Source: Chiloscyllium plagiosum (taxonomy: Eukaryota). Taken from it: a stretch of DNA of 64,000 nucleotides. Made by a program: the position numbers and the translations under genes. Each line of letters opens with the position of its first letter. Position 1 is the stretch's first letter. The notes under the pieces were generated by a model. It was not told where the DNA came from and made no database searches. It worked only from the letters and a program-made list of their open reading frames with translations. The stretch is taken from NCBI RefSeq assembly GCF_004010195.1, contig NC_057719.1:11160507-11224506 (forward strand), in the 5' to 3' direction. Positions 1-12,900 of the stretch are shown piece by piece.

Positions 1-280
1 TAAATGTCGAGTCCTGAAGGCTGTAAAGTCCCCACATTGAAAATGAGGTGTTGTGCTTCCAGTTTATGCTGAGCTGCACTGGAGCACTGCAGGCAAGCCC
101 GAGACAGAGATGTTGGCCAGAGTACAAGGTGGTATGTTCAAGTGGCAGGCAGTGGGAAGCTCATGGTTATTTTTGCAGAAGAACATTGTTGTTCTTCAAA
201 GTGATCGTCCAGTCTGCATTCCTTCCCCCAGTGTAGAAGAGACCACATTGTGAGCAATTAATACAGTAGACTAGATTGAG
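1..280 (-). mobile_element. Penelope-like element, degenerate GIY-YIG endonuclease / C-terminal fragment
   Basis: Minus strand reads LNLVYCINCSQCGLFYTGE... and, near the window edge, EAQHLIFNVGTLQPSGLDI. This matches the PLE pattern VYCIxCxxCGLxYIGET...EQHLIFxLGTLQPxGLNI and the copy at 52068-52350. Frameshifted. Confidence 0.75.
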
Positions 281-1589
281 TTAAGTGCAGGCAATCCAGA
301 TATGTTCTCACCAAGGCTCTGTACAATTGCAGCAAGATATCCTTGCTCCTGTACCTAAAGTCTCTCGCTATGAAGACCAGAATACCATTTCTCTTGTTCA
401 CTGTCTGCATGCTTTCTTCCTGAAATAGAGATATAGAAAGAGAATGTATAGAAAGTGCTCACCAGCTGGGACAGCTTCCACATCGCTGGCCGAGATAAAG
501 ACACTGATTATATGAAGAAACAACTGGCTGCTCCAATGGGAAGCCGGTACAGTTGATGGTCTCAGAAAGATACGATCAGTGGTAAACCTAAACCATCTTG
601 TGATCACAAAACATAACTAACAGTCCAGCCATGTGAAAATCAGGGATTGAGCCAATGTGACTTGGAATCCATGGATTATGAGGTGGTAGCAAGACACTGA
701 ACCATTTCAGAAGGAAATTAGAGGATACTCAAGGGAAATAAACGTGCAGGGCTACAGGAATAAAATGGCGGAAAGGGAGTCGCTGGTTGGTTCCACAGTG
801 AAACGGCATGGATTTGATAGGCTCAATGGCCTTCTGCTGTGTCATGAGGTAAACACTTTAATAATATAGAAGAATGACTGAACAAATGAAAGGCCAATTA
901 AAACAATAATTCTACCCATCAACCTCTTTCAAAGAGTCTACGACACATCCTGGCATGAAGGGAGAGAAAGAAATTCTCAGTGGCGGACAGCATGGGGATC
1001 ATTAAATCCAAACTATCGGCTTCTCCTAAGCACACCACGCTCACTACATATCACATCTCAAATTACTCAGATACTGAATCCCAAAATGTTATTCTCAAAA
1101 AAAACCTATCTAATTTGCATTTTAATTAATCAACATTTTCTGCTTCCACAGACTCCCTAGGGAGCCTGTGCCATAGATTTACTCACTGACTGAAATAATA
1201 TTTTCACAGATTAGTTTTGAATCTATCCCACTTCAAACACAGTCTGCATCCCTCTGGTTATGTAGCTCTGGTCAAGGTGAAAGGTCACAGTCCATATTTT
1301 AGTCCCTTTAAGATGTTTGAAAAAAATCGTAATTGTATCACCTTTTGACCTGCTCCCTTTCAGCCTGAACAGAGCCCATTTACTCCTCATAATAAAGTCG
1401 ATCTTTCTAGTCATACCACTCACTGTACCCCAATGCCACCAAGTCCCTGCTCCCTGTGAAACAAACTACAACTGGATTAATAGGAACTCACGCATACACC
1501 ACCGATCCATTGTGATGAATCAAGAAGTTTATCCCACATTAAGACAATGGAGTAAAGCAGCCCAAGGCATTTTGCAGGAAGATTCAAAA

Positions 1590-1895
1590 TGAGGTGGCAC
1601 AGTGGTTAGCACTACTGCCTCACATCGCCAGGGTTCTGGTTCAATTCCACCCTGAGGCAACTGTGTGTGGGTGGAGATTGCACATTCACCCATGTTTGCG
1701 TGGCTTGCCTCTGGGTGCCCCAGTTTCCACCCATAGTCCAAAGATGTGCACATTAAGTGGATTGGTCGTGGTAAATTGCCCATCGTGTCCAGGTGGAATA
1801 GTCATGGGAAAATGCAGGGTAGGGGGTTGGGATGCTTGTCAGAGGGTTAGTGTGGACTCGATGGGCCAAATGGTCTGCTTCATATGATTCTATGA
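1590..1895 (+). mobile_element. HE1-like tRNA-derived SINE, diverged
   Basis: GGTGGCACAGTGGTTAGCAC A-box head, GGTTCAATTCC B-box, same body as 2406-2718, CR1-like tail ending ATGATTCTATGA. Confidence 0.85.
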
Positions 1896-2405
1896 AAAGT
1901 GCACACCAAGCATCCTAAGAGATATTAGGCTTCAGAGATGCAGGTTTTTATAGGTTTTAATCAAGGGTGAGGTGGAGGGCGTTTTTGGTGGAATTTCAGA
2001 GCTCAGGGCCTTGACAGCCACCATGGGTGGAGTAATGAAATCCAGGAATGTACACGGGGCCAGAATTGGAAGAGTGCAGGGATTTTGAAAGGTTGCAGCA
2101 CTTGGTGGGGGGTTATTCCAGTCGCCAGATTAGGGCCTCAGAAGATAATCATTGCATTCGCCTGTCTTATTGGCTGAGGTAGGCTTTGGAATTTACCCAA
2201 CAGTAGTAGCATAAGACCCTGCATTGGTGAACTAGGACAATTGAAATGTGTCGAACATGTCATAATAAAGTGAAAGCACTCATCACTACAAACATTAGGA
2301 TTGCAAGAAACTTGCAAGTGTGGTTAGAAGATCAGCCAGCAATACTGAAAACATAGGACATGAATTAGACTAATAATTCATCCAATAAGACTACTGATCA
2401 TTAGT

Positions 2406-2718
2406 GGGCGGCACGGTGGCACAGTGGTTAGCACTGCTGCCTCGCAGCGCCAGAGACCCGGGTTCAATTCCCGCCTCAGGCGACTGACTGTGTGGAGTTT
2501 GCACATTCTCCCCGTGTCTGCGTGGGTTTCCTCCGGGTGCTCCGGTTTCCTCCCACAGTCCAAAGATGTGCAGGTCAGGTGAATTGGCCATGTTAAATTG
2601 TCCGTAGTGTTAGGTAAGGGGTAAATGTAGGGGTATGGGTGGGTTGCGCTTCGGCGGGTCGGTGTGGACTTGTTGGGCCGAAGGGCCTGTTTCCACACTG
2701 TAAAGTAATCTAATCTAA
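2406..2718 (+). mobile_element. HE1-like tRNA-derived SINE, full length, young
   Basis: GGGCGGCACGGTGGCACAGTGGTTAGC head with A box, B box GGTTCAATTCC at 2461, CR1-like 3' tail, (TAATC)n end, ATTAGT on both flanks. Confidence 0.92.
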
Positions 2719-3654
2719 TATTAGTCTTCAGGTTTATAAAATGGTGCAAGGCTTTTTGTGATCAATAAATCAGTATAAGTACTGTACATAAAGACACGTA
2801 AATGCAAACACATGAATTAGGGGCAGCGTAGGCCATTTGACCCCTCGTGTCTGTTCTAGCATTCGTTAAGGTCGTGGCTGATCTGATTGTGATATCCTGC
2901 CTCCCTAGTACAATTTGAGTATCCATTGGATTAGCAGGCAATCCAACTTAAGAAGCCAGCCTGCCTCATTCACTCTCGCGTAGGTCTGGAAAGCCCCAGT
3001 GAATGATGTGAATCCGATCTACCCTCCTGTTCAGATATTGCTTGTGGCTCTGGACTGAATTCCCAGGCAGCATTTGAGCAACTAAACACGTTCAAGCTGA
3101 TGAATGAGACAGCCTCATTAAGTACTGATCTGCTAATCTTCCGCCAACATTGTGTCACTGCATTGGCAAGTTACATCTGTCTCTGGTCTATGGGGATGGC
3201 CAACTCTTGATTGTTACACCAAGAACTAGCAGGACACCTCACCGTCACTGATACAATCTCCTCACCAAAGTTTGACTGCTCGGTTTTCATGCAGTCCAAT
3301 CTTTGCAAAATAAAAGCCACCATTTGTTTTCCTCAAACCAAATAGTCTCTCTTGTTAAAGATTATTTGTCAACACTTATTGTCATAATCTAATAAGGGAC
3401 ATGGTGCCTGCAAGCAAATGGTTTGAAAGAATGTTGATAGCAACACGTAATTATGATGGGTAGATATTCAATGTCACATGAAAGTGGCAGAAGTTTCAAA
3501 CAGGCATGAACACACATTAATGCATGTCTGCATGTGTGAAATGTGCCCATGAGTCTATGTATAAACAATGTGTGTCCCTGTGCATATACACATCCATATA
3601 GGAATGTGTGCCAATGTGTTTCTATGCTTGTAGGTTGCATGGATACCTATATAT

Positions 3655-3819
3655 CAATCAGTGAGGTCTGCAGATGCTGGAGATCAGAGTTGAGAGTGTA
3701 TTGCTAGAAAAGCACAGCAGGTCAGGCAGCATCCGAGAAGAGCTCCAGCCCGAAACGTTGATTTTCCTGCTCCTTGGATGCTGCCTGACCTGCTGTGCTT
3801 TTCCAGCAACACACTCTCC
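3655..3819. mobile_element. Penelope-terminus-derived palindromic short element with partial hammerhead core
   Basis: Inverted arms GAAAAGCACAGCAGGTCAGGCAGCATCC / GGATGCTGCCTGACCTGCTGTGCTTTTC; centre keeps GCCCGAAACGTTG; imperfect flanking repeat ACCTATAYAT. Confidence 0.8.
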
Positions 3820-5459
3820 ACCTATACATGAGTCCCTATGCATGTACAAAGGTTGTATATACATATATGTGTTCTATGACATTATATATCCTCTCTCCAT
3901 AACATTTATAACAAATACAGTGGTTGTGCTCATTTGTAAAGTAAATAAAACAAAATTGAGTATCAGTGACATTTAATTTTGAAGAAGATTAAGTGAGTAT
4001 ATATAATTACAGTGTGATAACTATGCATTAATATGTCTTTTATAAATTCTACTGCAAAAAGGTAACAACCAGGACTGGGCTGATTTTGGATGCTTCAACA
4101 TGTGCATGCTACCATCCTTTTCTAACTGTGCAAATTCTTTAGGGGGTTATGTGGTCAAGTCCATGTGAGTTTGCATTACCATGCGGAGAGCCTTATAGAA
4201 TATAGTTTATTGCATCCTGCAGTTATTGACATGTTATAAGAATGGGTTGCCTATTACTACAGAGACTTTTGGGACAGGACCCAGTCTTGGGTCTATCTCA
4301 CATGAGGTCCCACTTTACTTTCTGATGAAATCCTCATGATATCTTCACAGTGGGTGGTATTTATTGAACGTAATCAATCATTAACCCTTTCAGGCCTGCA
4401 TACAACACATGGGATACTTCATCATTCACAATTCAACACAAGACAAAGGAATGCATGTTCTCCCTGAGCTCTTGGCCCTCTCGGTACTCCAGGAAACCCC
4501 TGACGTTTCTTAAATGCTGTGTCAGGGTGCCCAATCAAATTGGCAAAAGGATTCAAATTGATCTCCTTCAGCAGGGCTGGATTTTCTGGAGATGGATTGC
4601 CAATTCTGATTGTGTGTGCTAGTAGAGGTTTTGTCATGTGACCTCCCACCTTCACCCCTGCCCTCTGCCATTAGTGCATCCTCTGGATGAACTGCCTTCC
4701 CAGGTTTTGAGAGCTCAATGTTGGGATCAAATAGGGATTCCAAGCCCTCATGCGATGGCAATAGGGCTGGTGTGGAAACATTCCCAAGGCAGTCTCCTAA
4801 TTGGCTAACTGTAAACTTCTCATTTAATAGCAGACCATTTGGTCCCTCACGTCTGCTCTGCCATTCAGTATGATCATGGCTGATCTTCAGCTTCAAATCC
4901 ACTTTCCTGCCCAGTTCATTTGATTCTAGATCAAACAACTCTTGATTTCAGTGATAGTTATCTCAAAAATGGAGAATTCACAATCCTCTGGGTCAAAATT
5001 TCCAACTGGCTAAAGGAAGAAATCCAAGATGATTTATCTTGCTTCTTGTTATTACACTCCTAAGTTCTGGATGCCCTTTCCAGGGCAAAGAACCTCTCAT
5101 TGACCACCTTATCAAGATCTTCTCAAATCTAGGTTTCAATAAAATCACCCCTCATTCTTCTAAACTCCAGACAGTGTCAGTCTAACTTACTCAGTCTCTC
5201 ATGGTAAGACAACCCTGTCTCCCAGAAACTCATTTAATCAACTTTGTTGTACCAAAAAGGATCCTGAGTAATCCAAGATGGAGGATGGAAAAAATTGTGG
5301 CTGTAAGAGCTGTTCCTTTTTTGAGGTTTTTTTCAGTGGTGGAGCTGATTTCCTCACATTCTAGGAGCAGTAATTACTGCTTTATAAGCTGCTGCATTGT
5401 TTTGGAACTTTGGAACATCAAAAATTTCACAGTTGTAAAAACTAATCTGCTTTTCTATT

Positions 5460-5950
5460 CTCCCTACATTCCCATAGTATAATATTTCCACCACTTTGAT
5501 GCCCACTTGCTTAACCTGTCTATATCTCTTTGCAACCCCCTTGTATCTTCCTCACAATATTACATTTCCACTTAGCTTTGTATTATCAACAAACTTGGAA
5601 ATATTACTTGCAGTCTCTTTGACTAAGTCCTTAACATAGATGGTAAACAGGTGAAGGTGAGTACTGCAGATGCTGGAGATTAGAGCCAAGATTAGAGTGG
5701 TGCTGGAAAGGCACAGCAGGTCTGACAGCATCCAAGGAGCAGGAAAATCAATGTTTCGGGCAAAAACCATTCATCAGGATGGTAAACAGCAGGGGCTCAG
5801 ACACTGATCCTTGTGCTACTCCACAGCTGCCAACTCAAAAATGCTCAGTTCAACCCTACGCTCTGCTCCCTAGTCATTAACCTATTCTCCATCCATTGCT
5901 CCCAACCACATAGACTCTTACCTTATGTATTAACATTTTATGTGGTAATA
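5460..5950 (-). mobile_element. CR1 LINE RT fragment, interrupted by a PLE-derived insert
   Basis: Minus-strand translation FTIYVKDLVKETASNISKFVDNTKLSG resembles CR1 FTIYINDL...ISKFADDTKLGG. Confidence 0.75.
5651..5777 (-). mobile_element. PLE-terminus short element with degenerate hammerhead core and 12-bp TSD
   Basis: GATGGTAAACAG at 5639-5650 and 5778-5789; minus strand starts CTGATGAATGGTTTTTGCCCGAAACATTG. Confidence 0.85.
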
Positions 5951-6339
5951 TAAGGGCAGTAGGCAGACACTCAAAGTTGTCAGCCCTCCGTCCTGATTCT
6001 TGGCAGCAGGGATCAAGACGTTTAAAGGTGAACTCACTGACTTGCACATCAATTGTCAAATAGGTTGAATCAAGGTAGACTGGAATCCCTTTAGCGGGAC
6101 AGGCCTCTTCTGTCATTAATGCAGCTTCCTCTTTGAGGGAAACAGGGTCTGCAGCTTCCATGACACTCAGTCTGCGGTGGGGAGGACACTTCCATTGAGC
6201 TGACAGTGCCAGTATGTGACCAGGTTGGTCACTGCTGCAAAATGACAGCGAGGCCACCAAATCACCTCTAACTGGAGTCTCAACAATGCTAACTATTGGC
6301 AGCTACGGAGCGAGTAGCCAATCTATTTCCCTGCTCACC

Positions 6340-6640
6340 CCCAGGAATCAGCTCTGGCTCATTAAGAAAAATCAAGAGAAACAGTGGCCCTAGTATCATC
6401 TCCTGGGCAACCCCACTATATACTTTCCTCCAGTCATAAAAATACCCATTCAACACTGTGTTCTGATTCCTTCCACTCAACTTGGTATCCAATACTGTGA
6501 CTTACCCTTTTATTCCACTTTGTGGTAAGCCTGTTATATGACATTTTAACACTCAGCTTTTTGAAGTCCATGTACCTTCACATCAACTGCATAAGCTTCA
6601 TGAACCCAAGTGCAACCTCATCAAAAACATGGTAAGAGCA
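6340..6640 (-). mobile_element. Old CR1 LINE RT fragment
   Basis: Translation LNGYFYDWRKVYSGVAQEMILGPLFLLIFLNE resembles CR1 SGVPQGSVLGPLLFxIFIND. Confidence 0.7.
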
Positions 6641-9600
6641 CAGCAGCTCTCCAGGAGTTTTCATCTTCTACACAAACAAGGGACTTTGTGTGCGATATAG
6701 AAGGCAGATGGCTAAAGCAGACCAGTAAATGTCAAACATTGATACACTGCAAACTGTGACAGACGGAAAGCCACAAATGCCAAGGGAATGTTTGAGGATT
6801 GATATCAGGAGGCTGTGCTTCACACACAGAGTGAGCAATGTATCCAATAAGCTTCAGAGTCAAGTTGTGGAGGTGAAAACCTGAGATTATTTGAATAACA
6901 GATGGATGCCACGATGGAGGTGGGCTGGGGGTTGGTAAATTGGGTGAATGAGTTTGAATGAGCACACTTGGTCAAATGAATTGAGATTAGCAAGACTGTG
7001 TTGAATGGCTTTTCTCATCCGATTCGACCCTGTGATGTTTTTAATGAAAGGAGGCAGACTTTAACTTTCTGTGAAACCACTTCAAATCTCCAATTGCTAT
7101 GCCGTCAGCATTTTCTTGCTATAGATGACCATCAGTTAAATTCACTTCTAGCAAACGAGTTCCATTTAGATGCACCCACCTCCCCTAGAACTCAAGTAAA
7201 AACAAACAGCACCTTTGTTGAATCAGAGTAGAATTATTACACTATTAAGGATAATAAAATATGTAAATTATGTAAATCAAACAATTTTCTTAGGGAAATT
7301 GAGCCAATTAAACAATTCAAAGTCAGCAGATTTTATTTTTATAAGTTCAGAGAATAAAATGAGGGTGAAAATATGAAAGAATTGTGTTACATAGAGATTG
7401 CATATTCATGAAAATGTGGTTAATTAGATGTGACAAGAGCATGAAAGCATGAGGAAGGGACTCTAACTGCTGGGAATTCACTAACCACATTCTACTGTGT
7501 AAATACACCAGCCATCATGTGAGGGTCAGTATAGGGGACAAATTTAATGATGGAGTCAGGATTCTCAATGACTGCCACCAAAACTGGCAGCATACTTGAT
7601 GATCTCCATCCCAAGAGTCCTGAGCAATTAAGTCCCAAATTGTCAACAGGTCCTGATTCCAGGGCTATCGAATGCAAGGGTTGGCAATGTAGGGGAAGTG
7701 GGGGAAGTGGAGGTTGGAGGGGAGCAATTTAATTACTGCCCAGATTGATAGAAATCCAGCCTCTGACATCCAGCACTCAACTGTGCAACAACGCCTCAGA
7801 GTGCGGTGGCCACTGCTGGTAATACACTTGGGCCTTCATGGGGGAACCCTGAGTAAATGGGATAGATTAACTGTGGGGTTTGTTCTTACCATGCATCCTC
7901 CTTCCTCAGTGCCTTTGCATGAAGCCCCAACTAAGCCCCACAGTGCCTCTACTTTATTTGTGGAGCAGCGGTAACGTCCCTACCCTGGATAGGGAGACCC
8001 ATCTGCGCTCCAGAATTAAACCCCAAATTGCCGTTAGGTCCTGCTGCAATTCCTGAACAGACTGAGTAGAAAAACAGGTTAAAGAAAAATAGTTTTATTT
8101 TATGGCAAGTCCCCTGCCTGCCACAGGTGTGAAGCCCAAATTGGTCATTAACTGCCCAGAGAAGAGCATCTATTAGCATCTGGACAGGAAGGTCACACCA
8201 GACCCCCTCATCCAATCACACAGGTAATATCCTCCTCTCCTGATATGGAACTCACCTCCTGGAGGAAGGAGGGTATTCAATTTGGCCCTAGAATCTATTT
8301 CAAACCTTTGGAAAAAGACTAGTGTTTGCCCCATCTTAGACCATTTAGTAGTATGTGGTATTGGAGTAAACCAGTCAGCCAACAAACCAAGGATACATTT
8401 TTCACTTGATATTATCAACAGTGAAAAAAGGAAGTCTTGGGGTGTCACAGAAATGTTACAACAACAACTCACTTGTATTAATTAGCTCAAGGCAGCTCAC
8501 AAAGGGCCAACTGGAGAGGATCAGTCAGGGGTGGTTGAGGGGAGTTAGCTGAAGCGTTGGTCAAAAAGAGACACTTTGACAAAGTTTCAAAGCTGGAAAA
8601 AGAGTTGGGTGAAGGAATTGGGCAAGTTTGGCCAAAGTAAAAGGATTAGTGTCAAGGGGTGCTAAAAAGCTTTAAAGGTGGTCAAGATCTTGAGCATAAA
8701 GTCAAGTTTTCACAGAATCATAAAAGTGTTATGGTACAGAGGGAGGCCATTCAGCCATCTTGGTAAAGGAACCTCATTTAAACACATTATAAACACTGCT
8801 TTGCCTTGCTTTCTCTGCTTGTAGAAGCGTAAAAGCTTTTTGTTTGTTTCGACTGGTCACACATTCATCTGCAAGGAGGACCACTGGGCTTGAATGCTCA
8901 ATCACTGAAGCACAGTCAGCCAATCAGCTCCAGTCACATGGTCTCATATTCTGGCCAATCATCCTTGGGAGTTTTTCTTCGAATGTATAAACACTTTTTT
9001 CATATTTTGTTTGTAGGCAGTGAGGCGCAGCTAAAAATGGCAGCATTCTGGAAATTTCATTTGCAATGACTGGGCAGTAACAGCGTCAGGAGAGAGAAGA
9101 AAAACAAGACAGTTTATATCGATGAAGAAAGTGTTCGCCATGCATGATTAACCCTGAGGATGTGCTGTGGTATTTCTGCACCACTTCATTAATTTCCCAG
9201 AGACAACATTCTTTTTCTCTTCAATGTAGCCTTTAAAAATTACTGGGGCATCTCAAGCCAAAAAATAACACAAAACACGGATATGTATGTACGTATCTGT
9301 GCACATGTGACTTTGTGTGTGTTTCTGTGCACGTGTATATGGGTGTGCATGTTTATGGTCAGGAGTGGCATGCGAGGCTATGATGCTCTATCTGGAGCCT
9401 GAGCTGTCTAACCAATGACAATGAAGAGTACAGAGAGTGAGAGATTGGCTGAAAGACAGCACTGAATCAATAGTACTGTACAAGATGGGCCATTACTTGA
9501 AATGCCTTCGGCCTGTTGTAAAACTGTTCAGAGGTGATAGCTATAAAAGAGAAGTTACTGCAAGAAGGTATGACTGGAACTGTATACTTCTCCATGAAGA

Positions 9601-9919
9601 CCAGTGCTCCATGGCAGACTGCCAAAATGTTCTACTCCTGATCCAATCGGCATCACAGAATGATAGAAATTGACAGTACACCAGAGATGATGTTCTGCCC
9701 ATCAAGCCCGTACGAAATGAAAAGAGTGATCCTGCCTCAGTCCAATACCCTGCAGTTTACGGCACGTCTTTTCCCTCAATGTGATGAGGGGTTCTGTTTC
9801 TAAGCACAGGCTCTATATCCCCTCCACACTAGAGGTGAAAGGAATAGGCCCTACCTATCAGCTCTAATGATTATGTACACCTCAATTAAACTTCCCTCAG
9901 CTTCCTCTGTTCCAAAGAA

Positions 9920-12900
9920 CTGACTCTGATAGATACTGTCCCATACAGTTTCGCTGTCTGTTATTGCGAGATAGTGACTCATACAGCTCCCTCTGAGCTG
10001 CGACTGACAGATACTGACCCTAACTCCACCTTGTGTGCTTTTACTGAAAGATACTGACCTATACTCCTCACTCTTTACTGTTACTGATAGATACTGACCC
10101 ATACGCCTCCCTCTATTCTGTTACTGATAGACACTGACCCATACTTGCTCCCCCTGTTTTATTATTGACAGATACTGACCCATACTGCTCCTTCTTTGCT
10201 GTTACTGACCGACACTGACCCACACTGCTCCCCCATTTTGTTACTGACAGATACTAACCCATACTGTTCCTTCTGTGCTGTTGATGATCTCTGTTACTGA
10301 TAGATACTGACCCACACTGCTCCCCAAGTTTCGTTACTGACAGATACTGACACATACTGCTCCTTTTGTGCTGTTACTGACCACTGTTACTGATAGATAC
10401 TTCCATACTGCTCCCCCGTTTTGTTACTGACAGATACTGACACATACTGCTCCTTTTGTGCTGTTACTGACCACTGTTACTGATAGATACTTCCATACTG
10501 CTCCCCCGTTTTGTTACTGACAGATACTGACACATACTGCTCCTTTTGTGCTGTTACTGACCACTGTTACTGATAGATACTTCCATACTGCTCCCCCGTT
10601 TTGTTACTGACAGATACTGACACATACTGCACCCTCTGTTCTGTTCCTGACAGATACTGGCCCACACTGCTCCCTCTGAATTGTTACTGATACTGACACA
10701 TACTGCTCCCTCTGTACTATTACTGACAGATACTGGCCCATACTGCTCCTTCTGTGCTGTTACTGACCTCTATTACTGAAAGGTACTGACATATACTGCT
10801 GCTTCTGTGACTGCTCCCTCTGTACTGTTACTGACCTCTGTTACTAATAGATGTTGACAGATACTGCTTCCCCTGTTTTGTTACTGACAGATGTTGACCC
10901 ATACTGTTCCCTCTGTACTGTTACTGACAGATACTGACACATACTGCTCCTTTTGTGCTGTTACTGACCACTGTTACTGATAGATACTTCCATACTGCTC
11001 CCCCGTTTTGTTACTGACAGATACTGACACATACTGCACCCTCTGTTCTGTTCCTGACAGATACTGGCCCACACTGCTCCCTCTGAATTGTTACTGATAC
11101 TGACACATACTGCTCCCTCTGTACTATTACTGACAGATACTGGCCCATACTGCTCCTTCTGTGCTGTTACTGACCTCTATTACTGAAAGGTACTGACATA
11201 TACTGCTGCTTCTGTGTTGTTGCTGATCTCTGTAACTGACAGATACTAACCCACACTGCTCCCCCTGTTTTGTTACTGACAGATACTGGCACATACTGCA
11301 CCCTCTGTATTGTTACTGATAGATACTGACACATACTGCTCCCTCTGTATTGTTACTGACAGATACTGACCCATACTGCTCCTTCTGTGCTGTTACTGAC
11401 CTCTGATACTGATAGATACTGATCCATACTGCTCCCCCATTTTGTTACTGACAGATACTGACCCATACTGCTCCCTCTGTATTATTACTGACAGATACGA
11501 CGCATAATGCTCCCTCTGTACTGTTATTGTCAGATACTGACCCATACTGCTAACTCTATATTGTTACTATCAGATACTGACCCATGCTGATCCCCCTGTA
11601 CTGTTACTGACTGATACTGACCCATATGCTCCCTCTGAACTGTTACTGACAGATACTGACCCTTACTGCTCGCTCTGCATTGTTACAGACAGATACCGAC
11701 GATAGTGCTCCCTCTGTAATGTTACTGACAGACATGGACCCATAGTGCTCTCACCGTACTGTTAATGACAGATACTGACCCACACTGCTCCCTCTAAACT
11801 ATTACTGATAGAGACTGACCCATACACTCTACATTGTTACTGACAGGTACTGATACATACTGCTTCTTCTGTGCTGTTACTGACCTCTGTTACTGATAGA
11901 TGCTGACCCATACTGCTCCCCCATTTTGTTACTGACAGATACTGACCCATACTGCTCCCTCAGTACTGTTACTGACTGATACTGACCCATACTGCTTCCT
12001 CTGTATTGGTACTGACAGATACTGACCCATACTGTTCCTTTGTACTGTTTCGAACAGATACTGGCCCACACTGCTCTCTCTGTACTATTACTGACAGATA
12101 CTGACCCATACTGCTCCCTCAGTACTGTTACTGACAGATACTGGCCCACACTGCTCCCTCTGTACTGTTACTGACAGATACTGATCCATACTGCTCCCTC
12201 TGTACTGGTACTGACAGGAACTGACCCACATTGCTCCCTCTGTACTGTTATTGACAGATACTGACAAATAGTGCACCCTCTGTACTGTTAGTGACAGATA
12301 CTGACCCATACTGCTCCTTCTGTGCTGTTACTGACCTCTGTTACTGAAGATACTGACATATACTGCTCCTTTTATGCTGTTACTGACCTCCATTACTGAT
12401 AGATACTGACCCATACTGCTCCCCCGACTGACAAATAGTGCACCCTCTGTACTGTTAGTGACAGATACTGACCCATACTGCTCCTTCTGTGCTGTTACTG
12501 ACCTCCATTACTGATAGATACTGACCCATACTGCTCCCCCGTTTTGTTACTGACAGATACTGACCCATACTGCTCCCTCAGTACTGTTACTGACTGATAC
12601 TGACCCATACTGCTCCCTCTGTATTGTTACTGAGATATACTGACTCATACTGTTCCTAACAGATACTGACCCATACTGCTCCCTCAGTATTGTTACTGAC
12701 TGATACTGACCCATACTGCTCCCTCTGTACTGGTACTGACAGATACTGACCCATACTGCTCCCTCTGTATTGTTACTGAGATATACTGACTCATACTGTT
12801 CCCTCTGTACTGTTACTGACAGATACTGACCCATGCTGCTCCTTCTGTACTGTTCCTAACAGATACTGACCCATACTGCTCCCTCTGTATTGTTACTGAG

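Noticed and set aside
2406..2480. tRNA gene (also the other SINE heads)
   Set aside because: The A/B boxes continue into a SINE body and LINE-like tail, so these are SINE heads and not standalone tRNAs.
2378..2749. Recurrent ORFs such as ...CGRKPEHPEETHADTGRMCKLHT...
   Set aside because: Antisense translations of the HE1-like SINE.
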